Source: Basidiobolus ranarum
Lineage: Eukaryota
Assembly: GCA_040143965.1 (NCBI GenBank)
Contig: JASJQH010000032.1
Coordinates: 1-43,381, forward strand
Reading direction: 5' to 3'
Length of the DNA: 43,381 nt
The notes below the pieces were generated by a model. That model worked only from the letters and a program-made list of their open reading frames with translations. It ran no database searches and had not been told where the DNA came from. Shown here in pieces: positions 10,454-23,399 of this stretch. The stretch's first letter is position 1. Each line of letters opens with the position of its first letter. A program made the translations under genes and the position numbers.

Positions 10454-13400
10454 TCATGGATATTGAGAGGCACGGAATGCAGCGGGTGGAATTGTGTGGT
10501 TAGGTGGGAAATCGTTGGATGAAGGAGGCATCTGCTGATGAAACGCAGCAAATTGCTGATGTGGAGGATGTGATGGTTGGGCTACAAAGATAATCGAAAA
10601 GTAATTAGTAAACGATGTCGTCAAAGCGGTCGTACGTAGCCTTCGATAGTTCTCTTACCGAAATTTACAGAGTTCATCGAAGATTGTGGGCCATTTTGGA
10701 AGGCAGATAGAAGGTTCACATTAGGATTTTGGGTTCGCATATTTCTGAGCGAATTTTGACCAGGGTGATTGTTGTACGCCGATGCATTTTGTTCCGAAAT
10801 ACGAGCGGTCATGATGGCAGGGTCTTCAAAGGGTAAGGCAGTGCCTTCAAATATGTTATTATATTTCAATTAAAAAGTTATAAACCTATAGATTATAGTA
10901 CCTCTTGATTGTTCGCTTTGTGAATCGCTTAATCGTTTTTCGGCAGCAGCTTTCAGGAAGTCGCTAAAGAAATCTGATGCTGTGGCTGAGGTCCTATGTG
11001 CTTGTGGACTTGCTTGCGTCATATTGAAATGATGTGCATCGTGTCGACGCATATGCTCATGGTTGTTCATGTCGTTGTTCTGTCGTCGTGGAGGGTCATT
11101 CCAGGATGGTACATTGTTCGGGTAAGAGTATTGAGGTGGAGAGCGTACATCTCTTTGCCCTCCTTGACCATAATGCATTCCCATGTCAGGTCTATTCATG
11201 TCCGGATACTGATTATCCATTCCAAATGAGGACATGTGTCCTGGAGGTCGATGTCCAACTCCATAACCAGGAGGAGCCATTCCGCCAGGTATGTTTCGCA
11301 TAGGAGATTGAGAATGTTGCTGTCCTTGTCCCATAAACGACGAGTAGTGTTGTTCGTGAGAGGGCAAGTACGAGTTTGATCTCCAATCTTCACCTGTAGG
11401 TGGTCTATGATCGTTTAGATTCATTCTTGGTCCTATACCATAGGTAGGTTCCCCAGTCTTTTCGTTGAAACTGACATTGACATTAGGGAACAAAGCACGG
11501 AAGCCTTCTTGCATGGCAACGACATTAGTTCCGCCTTGGTTTCTCATAAACTGATTCATCGAGTAGGGTGAGTAATTACCAGGATTGTTGGTATTACCAA
11601 GTGAATTAGGCGACATTGGGTGACCTAGAGGATGATTAAATCCACTTGATGAAGCTGCTGATTCATCATCACTGAGGGCAAATCCAAATTTAGAATATTG
11701 CTTAGGTTTGGCCATTTGTTCAGAAGAACGCGCTAAGCTCTGTTCATAAGCAATATTCCTTTGTGCTTGCGTGGGAGTAAGGCCTTGACTGAATACCTCA
11801 GTTTTTGTAGAACCAGACGAATTTCTGGTAGGTTCAGAAGGTACAGGATGATCATTAGATCCATTCATTCGACCACCACGTAGAACAGAAAGCAAATCTT
11901 GAGTCACAGGATTTTCAGGAGGCTTCATGCTAAAGGATTCAACTTGGCGTGAGTGGACAAATTGATCATGTCGTTGATGCGACATTGGTCCAGAGAATAC
12001 ATCGGAGAAACCAGGAGGTAAGGATGCTCCTGGTTGATTTCTTTGATGCATTAGTTGCTCTGATCTCATTTGACTAAACATATCCTGAAGGTATTTTTCC
12101 TCCAACTCGGAAGGTGAGTGATGTGGAACAGATTGATTTCCTTCGGTAATAGCACCCAAAAGTGATTGCTTGATATCCATTTGACGGGTGTCGGCAAAGC
12201 CTGCCCCTTGAGTAAAAGATGGCTGTATAATTGGTATTAGAGGAGTTTTGTCATTTCTTGGAAGTTGGGTCATTTCGCTAGGAGGTTTTGTATCGATTTC
12301 ACTGGCGGCGGATGCTTCATGATTGACTGGAATACGCAACGAGTCTGAAGCTTCCTCCAACTCTTTCTCAGCCGTGACGCTAGATACATTCACAGGGGCC
12401 GGTTTATCAAGCAAACTAGGATCATTAACATGTTCAACTCGGGTATCTTTCGTCTCGACATTGTTGGATGTTTTTTCGAATGAATGACCTTCCGTTGGAA
12501 TAGTTACCTCCTTAACGGGGAGAGATTCTTCAGTTGCATCTACTTGAACATTCATTGGGGGATCTAATAATTGAGCCTCGGGCTCAACTGGTGTTGAAGG
12601 TTTCACTAATTCAGCTGCGGGTACAATGATGGTAGGAAGAGCAACATACTCCTTGTTCACACTTTCACTGCTTTGCTCAACTTGAGTATCAAGGGGAGAA
12701 ATCTCACTCTTACTTTCAATTGCCACTTCAATGCCAACTGGTGAAGGCTGGTTGTTGTCCTTAGTACCTTCCTTTTCAAGTTTGGTATCTTCCTTCAGCA
12801 GGACGTCAGTCGATGTGGGAACTTCGACTTCGTCCTTGAGATCAGTTGTAGAAGTAATATCACTTTCAGTCTTGGGTTCGGAATGGGTAATATGCTTTCC
12901 TTTCGTCTTGACTTTGTCGGTACTCTCATGTACTTCTTCCGATTTTCTTTCAACTGATGAGCTGGATGTATTCTTATTCTTCACTGCACTACTCTTGGAG
13001 TCTGTTGGTACTTCATTCTTATCATTTGGTATAACCTTCTTGTTAGAGTCATTACTCTTTTTAACTTTAGAAGTGACAGTGGATACAGTAGGTATCTCTT
13101 CTACATCGGATTCTGGTTTTGTTTTTGAGGCTTGCTTGACGCTATGTTCAGTACTCAACATGTCAACACTCTTGTCAGGTTGGGGAGCATCATTTCGTTT
13201 ACTAGTATCTAGTTTCTTTTCTTTCGTCTTAATCTCCGCCTCCACTTGTCGCTTGGACTTGGCTTTTTCATCCAAGGGTACGGCCTTATTATCAGGTTTA
13301 GCTTCAGCCTTGGATGATTCTTTAGATCCTGTTTTGGTTGAAGATTTAGCAAGATCTTTAGAGTCGACCACCATCTCTGATTTGACTTTCGACTTAGAGT

Positions 13401-15285
13401 CTGCTTTAGTGGATTGTTTGGTCTTTTCATTCGAAGCAGCTGTTTTTATCTCAGGTCTAACTTCAGATTCCGAATTAGTTAAAGCCTTGAATATATCTTT
13501 TGAATCGGTCGTGACTTTGGTTTTTGGCTCCGCTTTATTAGGTTGCTTATTCTCTTCTTTAATCTCGTTATTTGGCTTGCTCTCAGATTTGGCAGGTTGC
13601 TTGAGATCCTCTTTCGCCTTTGACTTTACGTTAACCTTCTCGACAGGTTGCGCCTCGACCTTAGTGTCACGTTTAGCCGATGGTTTAGTTTCTGGCTTAG
13701 TTTCAGGCGTGACTTTTTGTTTAGTGGCATTCTTTTGATCTTCTTTGGCTTCGACTTTAGTCTCTTCAGATTTCACAGGTTTCTTAGCAGGAATAGTGAT
13801 CACTTTAGATTTAGGTTTGATGTGAGAAGCAGAAAGTGGAGGAGGGAAATGATCTAAACTCAAAGTTGATGCTTTGGGAACAACTGGCTTTGGTTTGTTA
13901 GCTAATTTGGCCCAAGATGCAGTTGGTGGTAAAGCAGAGCCTTAAGTTATCAAAGAAAAAGTTAACAATAGATAACATTAGCAAATAAATGTAAACGGTC
14001 CAACCTCCATCATTATCACTTGACTTGCTTTCAGAGCGATGAATAGCGACAGGAGCTTCGGTTCTCCGTGGAGATGGGTATCCATTTGTATGTACTGATG
14101 GTGAGTGCGAATGAACATTCAGAGTGGGTGGCTTGGGGGATTGCTCCAACTGTTGATGTTGGTCATCAAATGTATGATTTCTAGATAATAAATATTAAAT
14201 AACTATTAAATATCAAATATCGATAAAGTTTTTGCGTACCCAGAGGTGAGATCTTCTTTAGTAAATGTATCAGCCTCTTCACCAGGCTCGTGTAAGTACA
14301 TACAATTTGGATTTTGACAAGGTAAATTACGTAAGTAGTAGGTGCAGTATTTGGTAGTTCCGTAAGCAGCCCTATTTTTACAAGTAAAATGAATTAGAAA
14401 ACATTGAATATAAGGATATATGTGTTGAGTTGAACTATGTTCAATCGATTTTTACCTTAGCATTCTACCATTATACATACTTCCATCAACAGCGCTAATA
14501 GCCTTGGCAGCATCCTCTCGTCGAGCGTATGTAATATAAACGCCGACGGTAGGACTCTGCCCAGGGTGGGTACTAGTTGAATTTTGAGCATGACGGCGGT
14601 TGATTACAATCTTGGTTATTTTTCCATACTGTCCAAAGAAATCGTTTGAACGAAGCATCTGTTTCACGAATATATAAACGGAAGTCAGTATGGACTAGAA
14701 AAGATGACATAAAATGATTATAGTGCACGAATCAGTTAAGAGTCCTACCTCATCAGTAATCTTAGCAGTAAGGCCAATCACATAAATAAGACTCTTTTGA
14801 ACAACCCGCACATTGGCCAGGTGTTTACGGCTCATACCCTCAATCTCTTTCTTTTCGCGATCCTTTGCCTTACTAGCTGCCTTTATGCGATTCAGTCTAA
14901 TAAAGAATAAATATTTTTACCATCTAACAAAATTGGGCCAGGTTATACTTGAAAGAACAAAACTTACTCAGATGGCGTCATGGGAATAAATTGTACGTTC
15001 TCATCGGAATAGGCTCGACGACAGGCAGGACATTTACCGTTTAGTTCTTCTTTTATGTGGTGCCAACAAAAACGGCAAATCTGAAATTACACGGAGATTA
15101 TTAGATGTGGTGAACAGAAAAGTATTTGATATAAAACAAATCAACTGGTTCTAGAGCTTATTTCAAGTATTTAAACAAGTAAGAGTTCTCACCTGGTATC
15201 CACAAGGGCAGGGTTTGAAATTACGCTCAGTAATATCCAACTCCTCCATGCATAAAGGGCAATCCCAGTCTTCCTGATCAGACAT
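10454..15285 (-). CDS. NOT4: CCR4-NOT E3 ubiquitin ligase Not4/Mot2 (C4C4 RING, RRM, CCCH finger, long low-complexity tail), ~1405 aa
   Basis: Exons 15285-15193, 15080-14968, 14896-14749, 14658-14456, 14371-14240, 14180-14005, 13940-10902, 10844-10659 and 10581-10454 stay in frame (4218 nt). Motifs: CPLCMEE...KPCPCGYQICRFCW...CPACRRAY, RVVQKSLIYVIGL, FFGQYGKI, AYGTTKYC, SALPPTASWA, FEDPAIM. Confidence 0.92.
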
Positions 15286-16263
15286 ACTTGAGTTTGACCT
15301 TTTTTTTACCGCTATGAAAATACAGTTCTATTGTTATTTAAGAGACAAAGTGATTGGAAAAGTCTATCGAAAAAGACTGTACATTAAGCGATTGCAAGCG
15401 TAAAATAGGCCAATCGAAGGGCAAATAAGCAAACAAAAGGTAGGTGTATTTATAAGATGAATAGATGCGCTTTGGTGCTTGTTCTTAGATGTCTATGTCA
15501 CTTTTCGCCAAGATTAACGCGCTATTATCAATTCAAGTAGAAAGTTCACGAGTGGTTACGGGTAAAAAGCTATATAACCAAATATCTCATTGCTTGCATA
15601 GTGTCTCGTATTTCTTAGCTTCAGATTTTTCCTGAATCCAATCCCAGATCAACCACTTGTAGGAAATTTTTCTAACTGAAAATCCAAAGATTGGCATATT
15701 TACCAGGACTGTGCCTAAATTAAGCTCATGAATCTGGATAAGGAGACGAACAACATCAAGAGTTTAATTCTATGTTGATGCAGCCACAACAATAAACTAG
15801 TAATTGGAGTATTGATCAATTCAATTTGCGGATGCGTCATTGCCTCATTCCAGGAAGAAACAAATATCCACTTTGGGAAAATTATCACCTTCTTCAGAGA
15901 TAATATATGAATGTTCCAAAATCGACTATTTCGCTTCAAAAAGTATGGATAATGCCTCTTAGTCAACACAGGTTATATTAGAGCTAACTTAAGCAAACTC
16001 CAAGGATCATTTCCACATATGACTTCAGTTTAACTCTGGATGTATGTGACTGACTCGAAAAAAACATTTTTTTTTCAACAAGATCGACTATGCTAGTGAA
16101 TTTCCAAGTGAGCCAAAGTGTTGGAAATTTTCAAATTTTTTTTTCAAAGGGAAAACGATATTATAGTCTAAAGAATCTTTAGCATATTGTTTACGAGTTA
16201 TCGAAAGCCCAAAATTTTCTTATCACCTCTCCAATATACGTAATATCTATTTGTTAGTTTAGT

Positions 16264-18897
16264 ATGTTGAAAAAACAAAAGAAAAACCTAGAGGACAAAT
16301 CCCGAGTAGTAAGTATACAAAAGAAGCCGAATACGTCGTAGCAGTTCATTGTTGACCTTTCCACCACTTTTATTTAGATTATCAAACCAGCTAGCCGATG
16401 GTTTGAGATAGAACTCCCTGTCTTGGATAGAAATGTAAATCCATTATCTGAGAGCGCAGTGGAGAAGAAGAAAGAACAAGCAAGAGAGTTATTCGAACGT
16501 GAAAATGTTAATTACGAGACCAAAAAGCAAATGTCGGGTTCCGACAAAACTTTCTTGTCGACTGTTATCAACACTGGTACTTTGAATGATAAAGTTTCTG
16601 CATTGACCTTGTTAGTGGGTGAGTCACCTATACACTCGCATAAAACTTTAACTTCTTTATTGGCTATGGCCAAGAAGAAGAATCGTCGTGAAGCCTTGAT
16701 GACTGTAGCTAGTTTGAAAGATCTTATGCTCAACAATTTGCTGCCTGATAGAAAACTTAAGCATTTCCAAGATCAACCTGTTGGACATCCCAAAATCACT
16801 CCAGCCCACTTGATTGTTTGGTATTTCGAAGACTTTCTCAAGCAATATTATTTCGAGATTATTCAACTGATTGAGGTTTGTGTTTATATGAAGTAACGTA
16901 TGTGATTTATTATGTGCTAAATTATTCTCTAGGTATTGTCCACTGATCCCGTTGGTAACGTGAAGACCAACATGGCCGTGTATATTTCGGAACTTTTGTC
17001 TGAAAAGCCCGAACAGGAGCAGAATTTGTTGAAGCTCTTAATTAATAAGCTTGTGAGTCTAAATTTTATTTGACTCGATTACTTTCCGTAGATACTAATC
17101 CTTTCATAGGGAGATACTGATAGAAAACTCGCGTCAAAAGTTTCCTTTTTGATTCTTCAATTGTTGATTAAGCATCCAAACATGAAGCTTATAGTGTCCA
17201 AAGAAATCGAGACATTAATCTTCCGCTCAAACATCCACAGACGCGCTCAATACTCTGGTATTATCACATTAAACCAAATGATTTTGACTAGTGTCGATGT
17301 TGCTGCCGCCAACAAATTGGTTGATATTTATTTCACTTTCTTCAAGAAGCTACTCAACGACCAAAAATATGTAAAAGGTGGAAAGCCCGCTGAGGTTGAA
17401 GTGAAGAAGAAGAAGGCTAAAGGAAAGAAGAAGAAGAATGACAAGAGCCCAATGGATTTAGCCACTGAGGACTCGGAGATTTCTAAAATCATAGCTGCCA
17501 TTTTGACTGGTGTTAACAGAGCATTCCCATTCGCTCGAGTTGAGGATGAAGTTTTCGATGCCAATCTCGATACTCTGTTCAAAATTACCCACACAAGTAC
17601 CTTCAATGTAGTAGTCCAGGCGCTTTCTCTTATCTACCAAGTGTCCTCTTCCAAGCAAGCGGTTTCTGATCGATTCTATCGTACTCTGTATGATTCCTTG
17701 TTGGATCAGCGCCTAGCTAACTCTTCGAAGCAAGCTATGTATTTGAATCTCATCTTCAAATCTCTTAAAGCAGACGTTTCTTTACCAAGAGTCATGAGTT
17801 TCGTAAAACGTATCGTGCAAATTTGTGGCCACCATCAGCCACCTTTCATCTGTGGTGCTTTGTTCCTTATATCCGAACTCACACAATCTAACAAAGGCAT
17901 TCGTGCACTTGTGTTTCAACCCGAAAATGAAGACGATGAGGAGCATTTCGAAGATGTTAAGGATGACGATGATGAGGAAGAGCATTTCGTAGATGTCAAG
18001 GAAGATGGAGAGGAAGAGCAAAAGACTTCACGAATCAGTTATGATGGCCGTAAGAGAGATCCACGTTTCACTAATGCCGAGAAAAGTTGTCTATGGGAGT
18101 TGGTTCCATTTGTGGGTCACTTCCATCCAACGGTTGCCATGTTTGCTAACCAATTGTTGCAAGGTGAAAAGATTCAAAGCCAGCCCGACCTTCATCTTCA
18201 TACTATCATGCACTTCCTTGATCGTTTCGTATACCGTAATCCCAAGAAGAAGTCTTCTACTGTACGTGGTTCATCTATCCATCAACCTATGGATGCTAAT
18301 ACTGCTGGTGGTGTTATCTGGAAGAGAGGTGCCGGCACTGGCGATGTGACCGTCAATTCCGAAGCATTCTGGAGAAAGAAGGCAGTTGAAATTCCTGCCG
18401 ATGAAGTATTCTTCCATAAATTCTTCTCTGAAAAGTCTCGTATTCAAGATACTATCAATAATAAGAAAAAGAAGAGAAAGCATAGCGAGGACTCTGATGA
18501 GGAAGGTGAACCTCTTGGTGAATCTGATGAGGAGGAGATCTGGCAGGCAATGACTGCTGGAATGCCCAATGTTGAGGACGACGAGGACTCTGATGAATCT
18601 GATATTGATGATCTCAGTGTTAGTGAATCGGAATCAGAGGCCGGAGATGCCGAGTCTGAGGAAGAACTTGATGTTGCAGAGAATGAGGAAAGCGCTGAAG
18701 ATGTTGATGATGACGACGACTTTGACGACGAAGAAATGCCTTTCGGGGATGATGAAGATGATCTTATTGCCAGTGATGAGGAAGTTCCAGTGGCTGAGCC
18801 TGAAGAAGACCAGTCAAGTAAAGGTCGCAAGAAGAGAAGAAAGGCAGATCTACCTACTTTCGCTTCTTACGAAGATTACGCCAATATGCTCGATTAA
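16264..18897 (+). CDS. MAK21: Ribosome biogenesis factor Mak21/Noc1 (CEBPZ, CBF domain), ~816 aa
   Basis: Exons 16264-16308, 16378-16875, 16933-17052 and 17110-18897. Motifs: GTLNDKVSALTLL, LLPDRKLK, KPEQEQNLLKLLINKLGD, ILTGVNRAFPF, YDGRKRDP, HFHPTV, FLDRFVYRNPK, and an acidic tail ending PTFASYEDYANML. The start codon is uncertain. Confidence 0.92.
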
Positions 18898-19388
18898 ACA
18901 GTTTACCAAGCAAACATCATTTTTCGCATCTGTTTCTGCTCTGTTGCTTTATGATTTTCCAAACCGCTCTCCTTGCCTTTTGATTAAGTTTGGTTTACTC
19001 GCATCTCTCTTAATCTTGTTTGATAACTTCATGCGTGCGACTAGACTAATAATCGAGTAACTATAGGCACTGCTTTCCTCCTATTTCTTTTAACTTACAA
19101 CCCATGTACACCCGTCTCTGTTGTTATAGATAGTGTAATAGACATTATTTTTCTTTGTGCTTATTTTATGATTTAATAAATACGCTATAGATGCATTGCA
19201 CAAGGATCAATCACTGAGAAATTATTGAGATGATGGCTGCGATTAATTGATCGTTGAAACTACTCGAGTTTACTTGGCTGCAGTTCATTAATTAACAGCT
19301 CCCGTTCACCACCTCAGATATCCTACACTTATTGCATACCATCAAAAAAGTGAGAAAAGCCTTTGCAAATAAACAGGTCGACGTTACA

Positions 19389-22300
19389 ATGACCAGCACA
19401 AAACGAAACCCTGCCTTTCGTAATACTATCGCTGACACATCAGGTCTTCGTCATTCTATATCTGCCAACTTGAATGCCAACCAGCGATTGTCAACTCCAT
19501 TGAATTTGTCAGATGAATCTTCGGACTGTAAAGAAGCACAGCGTTTGGTTCTAAATAAGTTTACCTTATACGAAACAAAAACGGTACGAAGTTTCAATGG
19601 AAACCTTACCTTGAAAATAATTAACTTTCTTATATCGACAGCGATTTTATATAGTAGGCTCTAACCAGAGTGATAATAGATTTAGAATATTAAAAATTGA
19701 TCGTACATGCACGGAGGAACTAAGTATAGTAGAGGACGAAGTAGTCTATTCACGAGAGGAAATTGTGGATTTACTAGCCATGATAGAAGATGGTAACAAA
19801 GCCACTGGAGGTTTAAGCAAAGTTGTTTCTGCCTATGGAATTGTTGGTTAGTGGTTATTCTAGAGAATTGGTTTTTATCTCCAAGCTCAGCAATATCCAC
19901 TCACTCTCATTCAGGCTTCATTAGATTCTTGGAGGGATACTATGTTGTACTTATAACAAAGCGTAGTGCCGTTGCGTTAATTGGTGGTCATTATATTTAT
20001 CACATAGACGACACTTTACTACTTCCTATTACAAATGGGGGTAAATCCGATCGAAAGGCGGATGAGTCCCGGTAGAGATTTGCTAATACTACCATCTACA
20101 TTTCCAACTAAATTAACTTGAAATTCTTTCATACTCCGTAGATACATTAATATCTTCCAAAATGTGGATCTTAGTCGAAACTTTTATTTCAGTTACACAT
20201 ACGATATAACTCATTCATTGCAGCATAACATGACAAGGCCTCCAAACTGGAGAAATTTCTCTTACAATGAGATGTTTGTATGGAATCACTCTCTTTTGGA
20301 AACGGGCTTCCGAAGTTTGAGAAGCAATTCTGATTGGATTTTACCGATCATTTATGGGTTCGTCGACCAAGCTAGTAGGTGATGAGTTTGGTCATGTTGC
20401 ACATCAAAAAGTACTAAGCATTAGAAACTAGGTATAAATGTATTTGGACGTAACATATATGTTACTTTGATTGCTCGTCGATCCCGATTCTTTGCTGGTG
20501 CTCGGTTTTTAAAGCGTGGTGTGAATGATCAAGTACGACTGATATTTTATGTTTATTGAAAACCCCACTGACAAGATGTATAGGGGTATGTAGCAAATGA
20601 CGTTGAGACCGAGCAAATCGTCCACGATATGAACACAACCTCATTTCATTGTCCTGGCGGTCGGTTGTTCAACAACCCTGGATATACTTCATATACACAG
20701 CATCGTGGGTCGATCCCACTTTTCTGGACTCAAGATACCAACTCCATGGCACCTAAGCCACCCATTGAAGGTACATCTAACCTGTTGAATAATCCTACAA
20801 GTATTCCCAATTTTACTGAGCATGTCTGCTTTCAGTCAAATATCGAGACCCATTCTTTTCTGCTGCTGCCTTGCATTTCGACAATATGCACAAACGCTAT
20901 GGAGCTCCAGTGATTGTCCTGAATCTGATAAAGGTAACTTCCTAGTGCTATTATTACGTCTCCACACATGGTTATTAAGCCTTCTCTTTCAATGAGGCTA
21001 AAGAGAAGACCAAACGAGAGTCCAAATTATTAGACGAGTATTCACAAAGTATTGCTTACCTGAATCAATTTTTACCTGAAGAAAAGAAGATTCAATACAT
21101 TGCTTGGGATATGTCCAGGGCATCGAAAAGGTGAACCAGGCTATATTGAGCTGTTCTATGTACGATTCTAATTTTACTTTTCTTTCAAGTCCCGATCAAG
21201 ATGTTATTGGAACTTTGGAGAAGATAGGGGAGGATGCCCTTAGAGATACGGATTTCTTTCATAGCGGACCTGAGCCGTACAATAATTTCATGACGAGACA
21301 GCAAGAGTATGGCTCTTTTTCTTAAAAAATATATAGTTACTTTGCATTAAGGCGATTCTCTTAATCCTAGGAATCCAGATGAGGAGATTACTCGAATTAT
21401 GAGTCGTAGACAAAATGGTGTTGTACGTACTAACTGTATAGATTGTGTGGATCGAACCAACGCTGCTCAATTCGTGATCGGTAGGTGTGCGTTAGCGCAT
21501 CAGGTAAGAATCTCATGAATGATTTCGTCTTATTTCTTGCTGCTTATTTATTTTCATGCAGTTGTACGCCTTGGGTGTTATACCGGAACCCTTTATACCA
21601 TTCGATTGTGACGCAGTCAATATGTTAACTGAGATGTATCATGATCATGGAAACACTATTGCTCTCCAATACGGTGGCTCACATCTTGTAAACACGATGG
21701 AGACCTATCGAAAAATCAAGCAATGGTCAAGTCATTCGCGAGATATGATCGAAGCGTTAAAGCGATACTACAACAATTCATTCATCGGTAAGTATCATCC
21801 GTTCTCTCGTGTGTATCATCTACTTTAACTCATCAATGTGACGGCAGATGCGGAGAAACAAGACTCCATCAATCTATTCCTGGGAAATTTCATTCCCGAA
21901 AGAGATGGATCGATGTTGTGGGAGCTACAATCTGATTTCTACTTACATAACGAAGATCCACGGTACCGGGGCTCTAGAAGGAAGTAAGAATTACAAATGC
22001 ATCTGGTCTCATTGCTGGATCAAATATCTAACAAATATACTTTTTTCATTAGCTATATTCAATGGTGGAGCCCAGATGCTCTTCAGAGGACAGAAGACAA
22101 AGAACCGGATATGTCCATGTATCAGTTAATAAGACGTCCGCAACAGTACGATGATGACGGCGACGATCCATTTAGAGGTTACTGGATTGAATATTACCGA
22201 CCTAGGCTGTTTACTTCATTCGCGAATTTGTTTGCTTACAATATGAATTCCACTTTAAAGTAATTTGTTTGGATCATATCGAAGATAGTTGACCTTTTTC

Positions 22301-23070
22301 TAATCTCTCTCTTCACCACAGGATGTCTTTCAAGGATCAAATACAAAAAGAGACAATAAATGAAAGCGACTACAGTCCCTTTACTGTGCGTGCTAGCTCT
22401 CAAAGTACCAGGTACGTTGCTTCAATGGTAACTCTATAGGATGATACACTAAATTCCCTTTCTAGTTTGGACAGGTTAAATATCGGAGGATTCAGACGTT
22501 GGTTAGCCTTAAAGAACCCAAACACCAGTCCAACCCAATCTAAGAAAGAGTCGAATGACTCGGAAAATACAAATACCACGAATAAGAAATCGAATTCTGG
22601 TAAAAGTACCACCGAACTGGTTTCTCGTCTATTACATCCAGAAGTGACCAACAATGAAACACGTGAATATCGACGGTAAATTCCTCTGAATCCTTATAAC
22701 TTTACGCAAACTAATGTTCCATTTACCATTTTCCAGTTACATAAATCAATTCAAGACAAATTCTGCATTCATGGCACCTACTCCAACTGCTGTAGAGGAT
22801 GAACATTTATTAACCAATCATTCAGATTATCATTTGTACGCGTCATATGTTGGTAAAAGCAAAGTACATCCTATTGAACCTCATACTTCCAACTCCGACC
22901 TTCAACTCTACACAACATACGTAGAGATGCCTCAGGAAATGATGAAATCTGGAGGAGTGAAATATTCCAACACCAACATTGAAAAGCAAAGATATGAAGC
23001 CTATAATACCTGGTTAACCGTTGGTAAATTTAAAGGCAAGAAAAAGCCAATTTGGGAAAGTCGAAGTTAA
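19389..23070 (+). CDS. FIG4: SAC-domain phosphoinositide phosphatase Fig4 (Sac3), about 16 exons
   Basis: [94 protein letters not shown], catalytic [12 protein letters not shown] (CX5RT), [33 protein letters not shown]. Confidence 0.93.
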
Positions 23071-23399
23071 ATCCCACCCCCATCCCTTTCCCTCAAGCCA
23101 TTAATATATATTATACCATTTGTAATCTCCTATTGACTTGGACTACAATAATAATTCCAAAGCAAGCTCAATAAAATCTACTTCAATAACAAACTAAGCA
23201 CTAATGTTGACTATCTTTAGTCAAGCAATTCATTGTACAATTGGCCAAAAGACAGGTGAAAACAGTAGGGCGTATCAAGAAGAATGATGATAAGCATGTA
23301 ACACGGAGAAGGGTTGCTCTACAAACATGGAGGGTAATATACATGAAACAAAAATAGAAACAGATATAGTATGTAGGTTAGACGCCATCATTATAACCA

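Noticed and set aside
12731-13738. 335-aa plus-strand ORF rich in Ser/Leu/Phe
   Set aside because: It is the antisense shadow of the K/E-rich NOT4 exon, and its composition is what that codon usage predicts.
15715-15969. 84-aa minus-strand ORF in the NOT4/MAK21 promoter
   Set aside because: It has a non-ATG start and no recognisable motif or splice context.
18444-19060. Poly-Ser antisense ORF and 163-aa alternative-frame ORF
   Set aside because: Both are by-products of the acidic GAN-rich MAK21 tail.
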